Shown here piece after piece: positions 12,372 through 27,040 of a DNA stretch of 64,000 bases; position 1 is the stretch's first letter; every line of letters begins with the position of its first letter. The translations under genes and the position numbers were made by a program. The notes below the pieces were generated by a model. The model did no database searches. It was not told the origin of the DNA and saw nothing but the letters and a program-made list of their open reading frames with translations. The stretch is from Octopus bimaculoides. Taxonomy: Eukaryota. The stretch spans positions 55,443,251 through 55,507,250 of the forward strand of contig NC_068989.1 of assembly GCF_001194135.2 (NCBI RefSeq), read 5' to 3'.

Positions 12372-14879
12372 TATACTTGTCATATTAAATGCAGAGCAGA
12401 CTCCCTGCTATTCTACTAAAAGAAAAAAAACACAAAACAGAAAGCATAACCATTTGTGTTTATTCATACACTCGTTAGATAAATATTTTCATCAACATGC
12501 ACAAACCAAGGGGACTAAAACAGAAGAAATGACTAAACAATGATAAGAAATGGGTTAACCATGTGTAAAGGTAATTTTTATGCAGTCATTGAAGCTAATG
12601 TGTGAAATCATATGACAGTTCTTGAAACTTTCATAATCAAAAGAAGAACTGATAGTGAAGTTAAGATATGGCAATACAGTTTGTTTTTATAGATTAATAA
12701 GCTAATGATATACTACATGTTAACAACAAGGATAAATACAACTAACATAAATCAACCATCTGTTCATTTAACCATAACTGTACACAAAATGGTGAAAAAT
12801 ATATTAGGAAATTTACCCCCCCCCCCCACTCTTTTAAAATATTATTAAAGGGCTGTGACATTGGGAATTTAGGTGCTATTTTTGGCTTTCATTTTCTTTT
12901 TTTCTTTTTTTTTTGCATTTTGTTGTTATTGTTTAATCAAGAATTAAAATTAAATAGAAGTGAGAAAATGCTTTTGATTGTAAATGAATTCTTTGTGCTA
13001 CGATACATTCTTTAAAGATTGAGTCATTCAAGAAAACAACTTACCAAGCGGAAAAGATCGAAAGAAATTACAGAAGAAGACACCTTACTGACTAAGTCAC
13101 TAATCAAGACATTAGTTACATATATTATAAGCAAAGGTTAACAAAGCAAAAAAGAATGAACTAAATCTTGCAAAAGAACAAAATCAAACAAAATGGTACC
13201 AACATAGGAATTAGTCTATCTTCATTAGTATGCTGGAATTGTCAAATTAATCAGTGATTATAACTTGGAGAAGAACCTATTAAACTATCTTACTAAATTA
13301 AAGTTACACACTCTGTAGTTAAGTTTGCAAAATTGTCCAAGACATAAGACTCGCAGAAATCTTTGCTGTACAATCAGAAATTGGTCTTTCAATAAAAAGA
13401 CACAAAATGCAATCTAACCGACAGCTTTAAAGTTAATGCCAGCTTTGTGCTACATTAAGTCATTAGACAAACACTAATACAAAATTAATTTTCAGGTGAG
13501 AAGGAATTTAATTTAAACTTCACTTGGTTATTATCTTTATTTTTATTACATTCAGTTTATTCTCTGTTTAACCCTGAAAAAAGTTATAAAGTTAAACTTG
13601 AAGGTGAATTCACCTGGAAAAAAAAGGTTCACACATAACTTTTCAGTTGAAGCAAGCAATGACAATCTGAGTTGGATATTTGTTTATATGAGATTTTTAG
13701 CAGAGGTTGAGAACAAGACAATATAATAAAACAGACATGAAATCTGAGAATTTTATGAGTTGTTGCAGGAAGCTCATAGAATCAGTATCACCAAATGGTT
13801 GAGAAGTTTATTTCTCCATCTTGAGGTCAGCTTGATTCTACAAAGTGGCATCTTTGGCAAATGCCTTTTACCATAGCTTTAAGTCAACTCATATCTTGTG
13901 AGAGAAAATGGGTAGTCAGAAATTGTATGGAAGCCCATTGAAGGGATTGTAGCTGTAATTCAAAGAGCTAACCACGTCACACTATTATGATTTTTGGCTG
14001 AGAATTACATTAAAAGTACATATGTGCATGTGATATGCAGCCACCTTATATGCTAATCTAGTGAGCTTGGAAGTTTCATTTGATTGAACAACCAAAAACT
14101 TATGGTCAGAAATTCTGACTCTGGTCCATTTAGTGAGAAGATGACATTCACATGTGGCAAAAGTACTTGCAACGTGAGAGGGATAATTCCAGTTGGTATT
14201 CAAAGCAGGGCCTCAAGGCTGATGACTAAGGACCAAAACAATATAAGGATTTCTTACACAGGAACAAAGTTTCTAGTAGAAACAAGAAAGGAAGTGAGAG
14301 TACAAGGCATTCATGCTTTCCTCTCAAAATTTAATGATGTAAGATAGATAACTAGAACCAGGAGCTGAAACTGTGTGGCGGATTCTATCTCAACTTTGTG
14401 GCACTTCACTCAATTGAGATAACATAATGTAAGTAAAACTTATCTGAAGTAATGAAATCCAAAAGTGTATGGTGAATACATGCCAGAAGTGATGACACAG
14501 GGAGTGTTTTATTGTTGCTGATTAATGATTTTAAGATAAACAATCTGTAGAGCAGTAGTGAAATAGTTTGGTAAACCAATCTTATATACAGCTAGACAGT
14601 ATTAAGTTAATTCAGAAAACCAAATATGGCCTTAAGTATTTATTGTACGACTTGCTTTATTAAGTAAACCAAATAGACTGGATTAAAGAACTGACTTTGT
14701 TAGATTACTCTGATAATATCTGATTTCAAATATACACAATGTTGAATCGTTATAGCAGTCACAAAATCTTAAACACAACAATTTCATTGATCAGAGCAAC
14801 TCTATTCAAAGGGCAAACTGTACAAATGGAACAGATATAAGGAGTATGACGATGCATGCTAGTGAGACATAGATCACTA

Positions 14880-15150
14880 TAAAAAGGACTTGAGATAATA
14901 ACTGGGGGGATCACAAGTAAGTTGAGAAAGTTGCTGGGCATTAGATAATAATGTGTGCAGGAGAGGTAGCTGCTCTGTTATAGATATGTGATGAAAATGA
15001 ATGGTATGTGTTGGGTGAGAAAATGCTACGAAGTTAACAGTTGAAGGCATCTTTGATAAAGGAACCACAAGGAAAGTATGGAACAAATGTTGAGGCCAGA
15101 TTTAAGTATATTTAATTTCACACCACAGATAATAGGCGGATTGAGAAAGA
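14880..15150 (+). mobile_element. RTE LINE 3' end remnant
   Basis: EKLLGIR..CVQER.L...HVM.MNE...GRPRK.W-like residues across frames. Confidence 0.55.
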
Positions 15151-15221
15151 AAAAAATATCATAGCAAAACTTGTCAACCCATAGCAAGATTAAAAAACAG
15201 ACCATTATTATTATCATTGAA

Positions 15222-15435
15222 GGCGGTAAGCTAGCAGAATCATTCACATGCAGGGCTAAATGCTTAGCAGCTTTTTGTCCAGGTTTACATTCTGAGTTCA
15301 AATTCTACCAAAGTTGACTCTGTCTTTTATCCTTACAGGGTTGATAAAATAAGTACCTGTTGAACACTAGGGTCAATGTAATTGGCTCATCCCCTCCCCG
15401 AAATTGCTGGCCTTGTACCAAAATTTGAAACCATT
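15222..15435 (+). mobile_element. Older copy of the 53739 SINE family
   Basis: ggcggtaagctagcagaat...ctgagttcaaattc...aaataagtacc. Confidence 0.8.
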
Positions 15436-17969
15436 ATTATATTACTACTACTACTACAATATGAGAGTAATGTAACTAGAACATCATAAATTATACAAAA
15501 GAGAAAGATATAATGAGAACCAGATTATGCAACAGCAGTAAAAGATATATAGTAAAATGCCCTTTAAGAGATTTTGTCATTCTTGATTATAAATCCATGT
15601 TGAACCAAGATCATAACAATTGCTGTCCCATTGTTCCCTTTTGCCTAGAATATGATTTGTTCAAAGATATATCTGATAACAGTTGTTGCCTTTTCAAATG
15701 TTATAACTGGAGTTATACACCTAGAATTCTTTTCTGAACTTTCAAAGATATTATTTTCTTTATAAAATCATAATCAAGACTGGTCAAAGATCTTTTCAAG
15801 TAGGGAAACTACTTAAGAAAATTTTCTCTACTTTGAAAAGATATATTTCATATACATTTCATTTGTACACTCATTGAATATAAATAAACATCATAAAGTG
15901 AAGAAACTAGTTGCCTATTATGAAGCAACAGAACACAATTCTTAAGTTACTTATAATATTCATTTTGTACTTGCATTAATCATCTGTCATCTTACACAGA
16001 TGCACTTAGAAATTCAAGGATAAAACTAATGAAGTCAAATTCATTTTGTTTTGAATTCAAGTGTTGTAATGTTATGTCCCCCAAATACACAAGAAATTTT
16101 ACTATAATTAAGATGATCAAATTTATAGTTGCAATATTTCTGCACCAGAGAATGATGAATTTGAGGACTATTCTTCAGTTTGATTATGACCTATTTCTCC
16201 ATGGACATCTTGGTCTCCAATATTTCAAGCACCATATTAACAGTATCTTTGTTCTTCTGGCATTTCTAATACAAAAGTGTCTCTACAGCCCAAATAAAAA
16301 TTTACAACAATTTTTCTTTTTAAATAAGCTATACATTACAACAATAAAATGTTTTGTAACAATGAAATTTGCTTTGATGACATGGCTGAAGTAGTAATGG
16401 TAGTAGGTAGCAGATATTAAGATGTGATGTTAATTTTTCTTCAATAGAGAAACATTTCTTCAGTCTAAGAAGTTGGTAATTTCCAACAAACATGGCAGTC
16501 AATGAAATATGAAAAATAAGGACCCATATGAAGCAAACCACAGCTAAGAAAATTAATGGAAAAGTTTTAGGCTTTGCATAATAACATCAAGAAAATTTTT
16601 TTTCCATATACAGGAACATACGTCATTCCTTAATTGAAATGTAATAGATTAAACCTGGCTTCATTATGTAAAGAGTAAATAATCAAGAACTTGATAGGGA
16701 CCCATGCTGGTTTGAGGACTGAATTTGATAATAAAAATAGGTCAACAATTGAAGAATTCTTCCTTAGTGAAACAGAGGGCATAACATTGAAATATTAATA
16801 TAAAATCAGATAAATATTTTTAGTAAACATACATATTTAGCTTGTACTTGTCTAGTAGGTGACTTGATTTAAGACTATTGAAACCAGAGCAATTAAATCA
16901 TGGAAGAGCCTTTCTTGTCTTTAATAATGCACAAAATAATTAAATTCACTTTAAATTTATTTCATAAGAGGCCAACATTTTCATCATACAACTGTGACCT
17001 AGTCACCAACACAGTTGCATTGCAACTACGTAAAGATGATAATGAGGTTAAATGACATGTTTTTCTTTCTTAGTCTAGGAAAACAGAGCTAAACCTGGCC
17101 TGTCTCAATGTTTTTTACAGTTTCATTGGAAATTCTTTGCTCTACTTTTTACAGCAGGGTCAAAAATGTGTGTTTACTAAAAACTTCCCCCCACTCCCAC
17201 ACTCTCTCTCTCTCTCCCCTTTCTATCAGCACTGCCACCAAGTTAGCCAGGTGGAGAGAGTTGCTAAAACATCAGTGTAACAAAGCAAAACTTGTCAAAG
17301 GATGCTTGAACTCAATGTCACAACAGTACACAAGGACAAGCACGCTGCAAGTCCATTGAATGATAGGTATATCTGTGCTTTTAAACCATAATGAAGGCAG
17401 CCACTCTAAGAGACTATTCAGATAAAAAACTTAATGGTAAAGCCAATATAATTTTTGTTCTGTAACCATTTATAAAACCCAATGATCTTAGCATGGAGTG
17501 TTTCAAACAAGGTAGCTAGGTGTTGTGAAAACTAAATTTTCCATTTATTATGCACAGGTATTGCATTTTCAATGCAGAAGGTCCCCTTGTGTTGAGTTAT
17601 CTTCAAGTTATATATAATATCTTAGAGATCATATTCTCATATATTTTTTGTAGTCTTCAAAATTTTCTAAAGAATGTGTGTATGGGTGCATGCATTTTAA
17701 GGCAACCACCGGCCATATAATACCTAAAGGTGATAGATTTTAGGTAATACATGGCTGGTGGTGATAGATTTTGGATAAAACATAGCTGGTGGTTACCTAA
17801 AAATGCATGCACACACATATGCAAAACACATTATCAACTTTATGAATGTAAACCTGCAAAATAATGGAAATAGAAAAAAGAGCTTGTGAGACTTAATTTC
17901 GCAGGTTTGGCCAGGTAAAAGTTGCAAGGGAAGGGAGCAGAGTTCAAGCCATCATCAAATCGCTGCTAA

Positions 17970-19315
17970 AGGGGATGTATCTAATTGGCTGTTGGAACAT
18001 AAAAAACTTGATTGACAATGAAGTATCTGCTGAAAAAAAAAACTTATTTACTTTCCATGGAACTTGCTATAAGTACACAACAGATACTGTTGCCTTATTT
18101 GAAACCCATTTTGCTGGCAAGGGTCAATATTCTGAAACAAGAGGTGACAACACTATTTTTTGATATGGAAAAGATAATTAGGAGAGAGTGTTTAGAGTTA
18201 GTTTTACAGTTAAGAAAATATTAATCCAATATTTTACTGAATAACTACCTGGCTTAAATTATGGATGTATGTCTATACTTCTGTCTTTTGGTCACTCAGT
18301 AACATTGATCAGTGTCAATGCACCAATATAGTATGATTGTGATGATGATAAAAATCTTTTTTATGAGCAACTAAAAAGCATTATTGAGAAAATTTCAGCT
18401 GGAGATAAAGTAATAAATTTCGAGAGACAATAATGCAGAAATTGGTAAAAATTTTGAAATATGAATGGTGTTTAGGGCATCATGAAACAAAACAATCAAA
18501 GTTAAACTTCAATGGTTTACTTATGCCACAAGTGTGCTCAGAATTGAATTTCACTGTAGCATTTTCTTTGGCCAGAAACAGATTTACAAAGGGAACTCAG
18601 ATTCCAAGAAATGACAATGATTGATTATGTTCAAACTAGAAGAGATTTGAATGATGTGAGAGGATGTCTTGGTTTTAAGAAGTACAGTATTCAAAGAGAT
18701 CACAATTTTGCATAACCTAAACACAAGTTCAAAATTAGAAAGAATATTCAATGTTTCAAGAGGCTTGATGTTGAAAAGCTAAAGAAAAATATGTCAGGCA
18801 AGGGGATTAAAACAAGGATTTAATTTATTGGTAGATACCACTAAATGGGATGATTTCAAAGACCAACGTAAACCAAATTTCAAAAGCAGTAACAGAGCTG
18901 CAAAATCTAAAAACCCATAGCTGTCACACTTGCAAAATAGCAGACTGAGGTGGGTCAATATATTACTCATATGAAAGACAAAGGAAATACAAAGTGCCTA
19001 CTCTATAGAGAAGAACTATGTTCTAAGACAATGCAAACCTCAGTAAAGACTGCCTTAAATTTGTTTTGGAAAAAAAAATGCGAACTTCATCTGGAAAGTT
19101 AGGAAATACTAGCAACTGATAGGATGTCTGAAGAAAAAGCACACTCAAAACGTCCATCCATACATTTTGAAAAGAACTGCATTAAACATGCAAAGCTAAA
19201 ATGAAATGCAAGGAACAGCAACCGCATTGATATCAATCATAACATCAAATGTTCAACTTGCAACTAATTTTCTCTATCTAAAGCCGATCTTGTTAATCAC
19301 TTGAGGCTATATGAA
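17970..19315 (+). mobile_element. Degenerate, internally deleted RTE-clade LINE (APE endonuclease start plus C-terminal Cys/His tail)
   Basis: IGCWNIKNLIDN...DTVALFETHFAGKGQYSE resembles the RTE APE N-terminus (GxWNVRTL...DIAALSETR..GQ). YEQLKSIIEKISAGDKVI and CSTCN..SKADLVNHLR follow. Many stops and frameshifts. Confidence 0.8.
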
Positions 19316-19739
19316 TGAAAGCTATCAAATAATAAATCTTTGCTACCTGAAAGTATGAAAATCATATAATAAAATGTCTTTTTACCAGGAGTCAAAAAAA
19401 ACACATGTCTGTAGAGAATGCCAAACATCATGATTCTGCATGGTATTTAACTGAAAACAGCTGTTTATGTGATGGTTGTAGCAAACAGCAGATCATCAGC
19501 TAAGCTAAAAAGACATCTTTGCTTTGCAGCTTATCAACATGTAATGGTCATACTCATTTTGGGGTCAACTGCCATCAGTTGCGTGTGTGTGAGTGTGAGA
19601 GAGAGAGAGAGAGTGTGTGTGTGTATGTGTGTGTGTGTGTGTGTTAACAGTCCCATTTGTAATGGGAAAAACCACAATAAAGATAAAATTAGGTCAAGTG
19701 CCCAGACATTGGTTTCCCAAGACCTGGGGTGGCACTTAA

Positions 19740-21130
19740 AATGAATGGCTCTTGACTGTGTGGATTCATGACAAGAATGGATGTAATGTACTGATAAATC
19801 CAATTCCCATTCAAATCAAAGTTTGTATAAAATGCAGAAAGTGAAAGGTGCACATCTGATGCAAAAACCTGTTCTTGCTGGTAAAGACTGGTTTGAGAGG
19901 GTTAAGAGGCACCTGAATTGACACAACATTAAAATGGCCAGTCAAATGCCAGTGCTGCAACTAATTATCAAGGAGGAACTGAAGAAAATCTTCAGTGATG
20001 GAGGTTATGTATAAGAAAAAAAGAGTACAACACTGATAAAAACCAGGATTTTCTCAAAGAAAATACCTTCCAGGAATTTTATTTCTACTGAAATAAAATC
20101 AGCACCAGATTTAAAGGTTTCCAAAAGTCAGTTGATACTTCTTGTGCAAGGAAATGCTACAGGTGATATGAAACGAAAGACCCTGCTTGTGTATCACTTC
20201 ATAAATCCAAGAGCTTTCAAGGGTTATAGTAAATTTGATTTAATTGTCATTCAGCATTCAAATAAGGATTGGCAAGAAATCTTTTTCAAGACAAGTTAAC
20301 GAGCCTTTTTTGCCTCTAGTAGAAAGGTACAATATCAGGTACAATATTGCCAATGAAGCATTCATCTTTCTAGACAATGCACCCACTGAACACAAAATAA
20401 TTTTTCTTAGTTGTTGGCTGCTATTTCTAACTTTCGGTGTGTGGTGAAGCAATACTTGCTGAATCCTAAATTTTAAATTGTGTCTATACATTTACTGATA
20501 ATGGTTTTTTAACACACCGAATTACTAATTATCAATTAATTATTAATTTTTACCCTATATCTGTTTGTGTGAAATATATTTCCAAGAACATAACATTGCT
20601 CCAGTCAACAGGTCAAAGCGTGATAGCTAACTACAAGGCATATTATCTGAAAATAACTTCGAAACAACTGACGAGGAGGATAAGTCTACAGTTAAAGATT
20701 TCTGGAAGAAGTCCATCATAGATGCAGTGAATAACACAGACAAGTTATGAGGTTAAAAGAAATCCTAAGCTACAGTGAAAAATATAGTAGCCAGACTATA
20801 TCCATGATTCAACTGTATTGTCATCACCAGTAAGTCTAAAACAAGTTCAGCAAGTCATGCTGACACTGGCATATGACAGTTTGAAGAAGTGATCAATAAC
20901 AAGCAATGGAGTTGCTAGGTTCTCACTGAGAAAGTTTGCCTAATGAGGTGTCAATAATGCCAGAACCAGAGCAGGCCAAGAAGAGAATACAAAAGCTACA
21001 AAGCTACACTCATTCCACTTCAAGCTGACAGTAAAGAATAAACGACTGGAACTTACAGAAGAAAGTTTGCTAGTCTCTGCAGATAATGACTCTGGTTATG
21101 AACATAACAGAAAAATTACAAAAGGAGTTA
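19740..21130 (+). mobile_element. Tigger/pogo (Tc1-mariner) transposase remnant
   Basis: Frame-shifted translation gives AGKDWFERVKRH..HNIKM, KKIPSRNFISTEIKSAP..K.SKSQLILLVQGNATGD.K.K.LLVYH..NPRAFKGYSK, FIFLDNAP, and PKNITLLQ..GQSVIANYKAYYL, matching CENP-B/DDE_1 Tigger transposases. Confidence 0.85.
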
Positions 21131-21739
21131 ATAAAAAGCTCAGTTCTTAGATTGAATTTTGCAAAGACATAGTATGTTTGAAGCCAATACTCCACAGTCT
21201 TTCTTCTAGCAGGCACCTCTTCATGCACCAGTTCCCATCACATGGCCATCAACACCATTTATGGTGAATATATACTATATGTACTACAGATGTATTACTG
21301 CAATGTTACTATATTATTTATTTCTCTTCAAATGCTTTTACATATACATACTATACGCAGCATGTATTTAAAAATTGATATTTTCAGCAGAATGCATATC
21401 AATTCCTGATATGGAAACCAATAGCAAAATATACTTTATATGACAAAATCTCATGTTATGGAGGATATTCCAGAGTGAGGAATGCCTCTTTTGCTTTCCC
21501 TCTCTCTCTGAGAGAGAGAGAGAGACAGAAAGTGTGTGTGTGTGTGTGTACCACGAAAAGTGCTCAGGAGAATCCTCCTCTGCAGAATAAAACTTTAAAA
21601 TGAAGAAATGGTGGGAGAGGGTAAGTTTTATTTCAGACCTGAGAGAAGAAGTCTATGCCGCACTACTTTTATAGTCAGATAAATAATTACAAAAGCAAAA
21701 CATCAAGTTTATTACTCTTCCACTTTATTGATTCAGAAG

Positions 21740-22720
21740 CTGCTTCTGACACGATCTGGTAGAAGGTCCCATGGAAATTGATGACAGTTATAAGTATAGA
21801 CATCAAGACAGAGCAAATTATAGAGGGGAAACAGCAGATGTGCAATGATCATTGACAGCTGAATGGATTGTTTTGAAGTACTGTGTACATCTAAGACAAG
21901 AATTGCCAGCTGTCCCCCCAGCCATTCTAAAATCTTCTGGAAAGTTCTCACTAAAGAACTGAATGACTCAAATGAAAGTCTGGCACTCACTGAATCCTCT
22001 CTCTCCATAGTGAGGTTGGTGAAACAAACCTAATACCCATGATATTTGACAAATTGAAGATGTCCACTAAATAGAGACAAAATGGGAAGAATAAAGAAGC
22101 ATGAAAATAAATGGCACCAGTTGCAAGATTCTTTGACTTATTGGAGAAATTATCAGGATGTATGGTTCAACAGTAGAACACATTACGGTGTTAGCTTTCT
22201 GTGAGTATCATACCAAATGGATTAGAAGACATGAAGAAATGGATCTCATTAATAAATCTACTGCTTACAACATTAAGAAAGGCTTCTGGAAAGAGAGTGA
22301 AGAGATATCAGCTAGGAAAACAAAAACTTTGATTATATTTCCTCAATTGCAACCTACGGCTCAGAGATATGCACTGTAAAAATCTGAAGGAACAGGGAGA
22401 AATTTTTGAAATATGGTAATTTTGGTCTATGCTAGGGATATCAATGAAACCGACATGAGAATACTTTCATATAAAAGAGCGTTTCACATGACATGCATCA
22501 TTACTAAGATAAATAGGAGGAAACTGTAATTGTTCAACCATGTAATAAGAAAGCTATCCAATAACAATATAGTGCAGGCATTCAGCCAAGACATTCCAAA
22601 CACAAGACTAATGGCGTTAAGAGTCCTAAAAAGTGGATTACTCCAGATTCCTGAAGATACAGAGTGGCCAGTCACACCGGAAAGCCTTGCATTCATTCTA
22701 CAAGTTCAATGTGTTCATTC
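21740..22720 (+). mobile_element. Degenerate RTE-type LINE 3' fragment (RT C-terminal region)
   Basis: SIATYGSE.CT.K and TKINRRKL.LFNHVIRK motifs resemble RTE (IATYGSETWT; RRKLxYFGHVxR). Confidence 0.65.
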
Positions 22721-23820
22721 ACTCAGAGACTACATGGATGAAGAGGTGAACAGATGAGACAGTGATGACAGAAGAACCAGAATGTATGAGAAAAGTGTGG
22801 AAGAGTGTAATGTTAGGTAAAAGAGGTGAGAAAATGGTGGCTTCTAATAGAGGAGGAGAAATGTTAGAGGAGAATGATGGATCTAAATAACAGGTGGCAC
22901 AGTAACATGGAGGAGTATAGAAGGAGTAATGCTAGATAGAGAGTAAGCACTACATGATGATCTCTTAAACACATGCTTTGACAGGGAAAGGAGCAAAGAT
23001 TATAAACTGAGGGAGAGAAGTATTGAGTGTATCTATCTATTTATATATAAATAAATAGAGAGAGATAGACAGACAGACAGGCATAATGGTTGTGTCATTA
23101 AGAATTTTGCTTAAGAACTACATGGTCAGGTGTTTGGTTCAACTGTATGGACACTGCCAACTGGTATCTTCTACAAGAGTTCCAGGCTGACCAATATCAT
23201 GAGAGTGAAATTGATAGACGTAAACTCAAGAATCTCATCATGTGCATGTGTGAGTGTGTTGGTTCATGTTTACCTTCATATTCACATGCATTTGCTGACA
23301 GCAAACAAAAGCCTCACCTTTCATATGGACAGTGTCATTAGCTTGCAGTCCATGTTGAATGCATGTCTGGCTTCTCAACTAGTTGCACAGTTTCGTAACA
23401 AAACACTCTCCATTCATACAAATGGTTGTTTGTTTCCAGATCTCCCACGTAAACATGGCTGTTCATTGTTTCATAATATTCTGATTAATATATGTAAATT
23501 TATATCGCGGGCTCCTCAGTATATTGAGGGTTTCTGTGGCCAATAGGTATTTATATTTATTTAGGTTTTAATTATTTCTGTGGGAGGTTTTGGAACATAA
23601 CACCTGCAATAGTTGAGGGATTACTGTATGTATATATGTGTGTGTGTGTGTGTGTGTGTATACACATACACCACACACACATATATATACACATGTATGT
23701 ATCTCAATCTTGATCTTATTTCATGAAGGATACAGTAACACAAGCATTACACAGAATTAGATTACAGTGCTGGGACATGTAATGATCTTAATTAATTGTC
23801 AATTTAAATAGAATAATTCC

Positions 23821-24013
23821 TTAACCCATTTGACCAACCCTAGTTTTAAAGTGATCTAAATTAAAACAGTTCATCAGATTTTGATGCTAATCTATATTCC
23901 AAACACCAGCCTAACAATAACAAAGGCGTTTTACAAAATTTTTCTTTCTTTCTAAAAATTAATTGAAACAAAAGTAGCGAATTTCAACCAAAATATAGTA
24001 ACGAAAGTGTTAA
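23821..24013. mobile_element. piggyBac-like MITE, second family
   Basis: TTAA-ccc...gtaacgaaagtg-TTAA termini. Confidence 0.5.
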
Positions 24014-25974
24014 GGTAATAAAGTAGAAGGAAACTTGACTAGACACTGTAGACTTGTAAAATAAATGATTAATGCGATAGAAAGGAAACCAAGTTCAACA
24101 GACATTGTCAAGAATTATCTTATGGTGATTTAAAGAATTTCGTCATGCATCAAAACAAACTTATATGTTGCTATGTCATTTTATGAATAATATGTCACAG
24201 CAATACGCAGAAACAAAGATGGACTCACATCAGTGAATACATCTTTCTACTTTTACCAAACTACAAGTTGGTAGCAATTTGTTTGAACACAGTTTAACCC
24301 TTGCTTTAAAACAAACAACATTATACAACCAAAGCTGGAATGGAAGGCTTAAAATAAGGTCTTATAAAATTCAACACATTAGGTCAACATGAAAGTGATA
24401 TTCATCATCAATTTATGAGATCAGATTAAAACAGCAAAAAAAGCAAACTAACTGAAACTGGAAGCTCTGGTAATGAAAAATAGAATTGTAAAATAAAACA
24501 TTAACATTTTTACAAGTAATGATAATTCCTGGTGCTAATGCGTCTCCTAAGAGCCAAGCAATATAGTAAAATGAGCTCAACCTCTTGCACAAGATGCTCA
24601 TTGTATGCTGGGTTCATATTTCTTAAACAGCTTTCTTTTTATTTAGTTAATGGGTCTAAAGGCAATTCCATGACCAGTGAAGTTGTTGCCAGTAATGTTT
24701 CATTTAAACTGTTGCAAGGACTTATATTCTGTGGAGAAAAGACTGTGCATAGTGGTTGATGTGTGGTTAGGTGTTGGATACAACAAGGGAGAGATGAGTG
24801 AATCAAGAGTGCCTGAGTGTTGAAGGTATGAGACTAGATAGCTCCAAGGATCTGAGGCCATAACAGTTGTGACAGAAAAGACAGAAGAATAAACAGCATA
24901 CCTGTAAAACCCATATTAATCGTTTACATAAAAGAAACCATTTGAGTTCATGAAAAGAATGGAATCCTCTGTAGGATATCCACTATCATAATCCAAGTTA
25001 CCTATAGATTAAAAACTTTGTTTCTCAGGGTAGATTATCAAGTTAATGACACATGCTATACATTCACTATTACTTAAAATTGTTGCAAAGAGATTACAAC
25101 GAAGCAGCAACACTTTCATGAAATGTTCTTTCTCCCAAACCAGTTTATGTTTGCCAAGTACAACCACGATTTCTGTTCCCTTACCAAATGTATAACCCTG
25201 AACTTTAAGCAGTTCCTGTTTTATTTTTATCTATTCTATTCAATCCAGATGCTCTGCAACCAGTAACTTAAGGATCAAGGATAAGAATATTGTCATAAGT
25301 TTTGTATTTAGCTCAAATTAATTCAGCCAAATTAATTTTACTTGTCTTGGCTTTTTCTATTTTCTTCAGCAAATATCTTAGCCAAATCTTTGGCTACAGC
25401 AATTACTTTCAGAAAATGAGCTGAACTATGGGAGGCAAAGAAAATGACATTATAAGATTCTGCTATCTACTAAAACCAGATTCTAAATACTGGCAAATTA
25501 TGCATTGATACAACTAATTATTATATCAACTCCTAACTACAATGGCATGACAACTACAAAAACAAACACAACCCCAATTCTCTCCAACATTTTTATCAGT
25601 CTTCTTCATGTCTTACATATGCAGGATGTCTGGGAACTTAAGTGGTGAAGGAGAAATGAGAATCTGTAACTAAGTTGTAATGATTGATTTGTAAGTGGAG
25701 CATAATAGCTTCAACTGGAATGAAAACGGAGTTACAAATGCTATTTGCTCAAGAGCAGAGCTTACCATTAAATGCATTATATAGTATGCAACAGTTGAAT
25801 GAAAACAATGATAGTGACACAACAGGACAGTTATTAAAGCCCAACTTTTTATCCAGCATACTCTTACCTTCCCAGCTCAAAGAATGACACCAGAATTATC
25901 TAAACAAATATTAAACTATAGAGCTGTTGTTCAGCTTACAAATGTCTTTTGTTGATATGCAGTATATGCAGAAT

Positions 25975-26019
25975 ACACACACACGCGCAGGCATGTGTGT
26001 GTGTGCGTGTGTGTGTAAG

Positions 26020-26070
<51 letters not shown>

Positions 26071-26071
26071 T

Positions 26072-26157
<86 letters not shown>

Positions 26158-26165
26158 CAGACACA
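25975..26165. repeat. Compound (GT)n/(AT)n microsatellite, representative of many (about 8875, 10340, 10910, 26935, 27760, 27960, 30080, 46730, 57375)
   Basis: Directly visible; source of the [12 protein letters not shown] pseudo-ORFs. Confidence 0.97.
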
Positions 26166-26930
26166 CTCATACTCTAGACTGCCAACAGTAACAAGGAATG
26201 CCATGGTATATCATAAAGCTTTCAACTAAAATTCTGCATTTGCTTTTACTTGTTGATTGGTAAGCTACGATGAAATCAAGTCAGAGTAGCAGCAACATGC
26301 TACATCTTACTGTCCATTTCCTTAACATTTCCAGACAGAAACTAGTTTAGAACACAAGCAGTTTGTCTTAGAGGTAGTTTTGCATTGTGAAAGAGAATTA
26401 CCATAATCATAGCCACAAGGCTGACAATCCATATCCTTCGTTTCGCTGATAGTATTATCAAAATACTGAACATAAACGAAATATTCAATGACACCAGGAA
26501 TTTAAATTGTTCCTATATTTAGTGAATATAGAGAACATCCAGCACACTAACATCTCACACCAAGAATCTATGGAGCAGCTGAACTTACAGATTAATCCAT
26601 AGATGTGTTTCCAAACAGACAGACGAGATAGATAAACAAGAAGCTGAAAGGACATTACTGCAACTGATAAAATTCAATAACAAGTCCAGACATACAAAGC
26701 ATTTGTGTATATCTGTCTGTGTGTTGAGAGAGCACATGTATGTGTGCATGTATTAATATTACAGTCAAATGTAAAAACTGTATCAAACATTAATTAAAGG
26801 ATCACTCAATATACATTTATTTTTATAAAAAAAAGAATAACATTGAGAGTAACTTTGAATTTTTACTGGTCATTGGCTTTGCAAGATACTGATAAAGCTA
26901 ATGATAAGCAAATCATTGATGCTATTTTTG

Positions 26931-26981
<51 letters not shown>

Positions 26982-27009
26982 ATGTGTGTGCGCACGTGTG
27001 TGTGTGTAT

Positions 27010-27040
<31 letters not shown>

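Noticed and set aside
13044-13100. Exon ending at the strong donor CTTG|gtaagt (13044)
   Set aside because: Nearby acceptors give lengths of 43, 47 or 55 nt, none divisible by 3; the phase-1 reading checked hits a stop.
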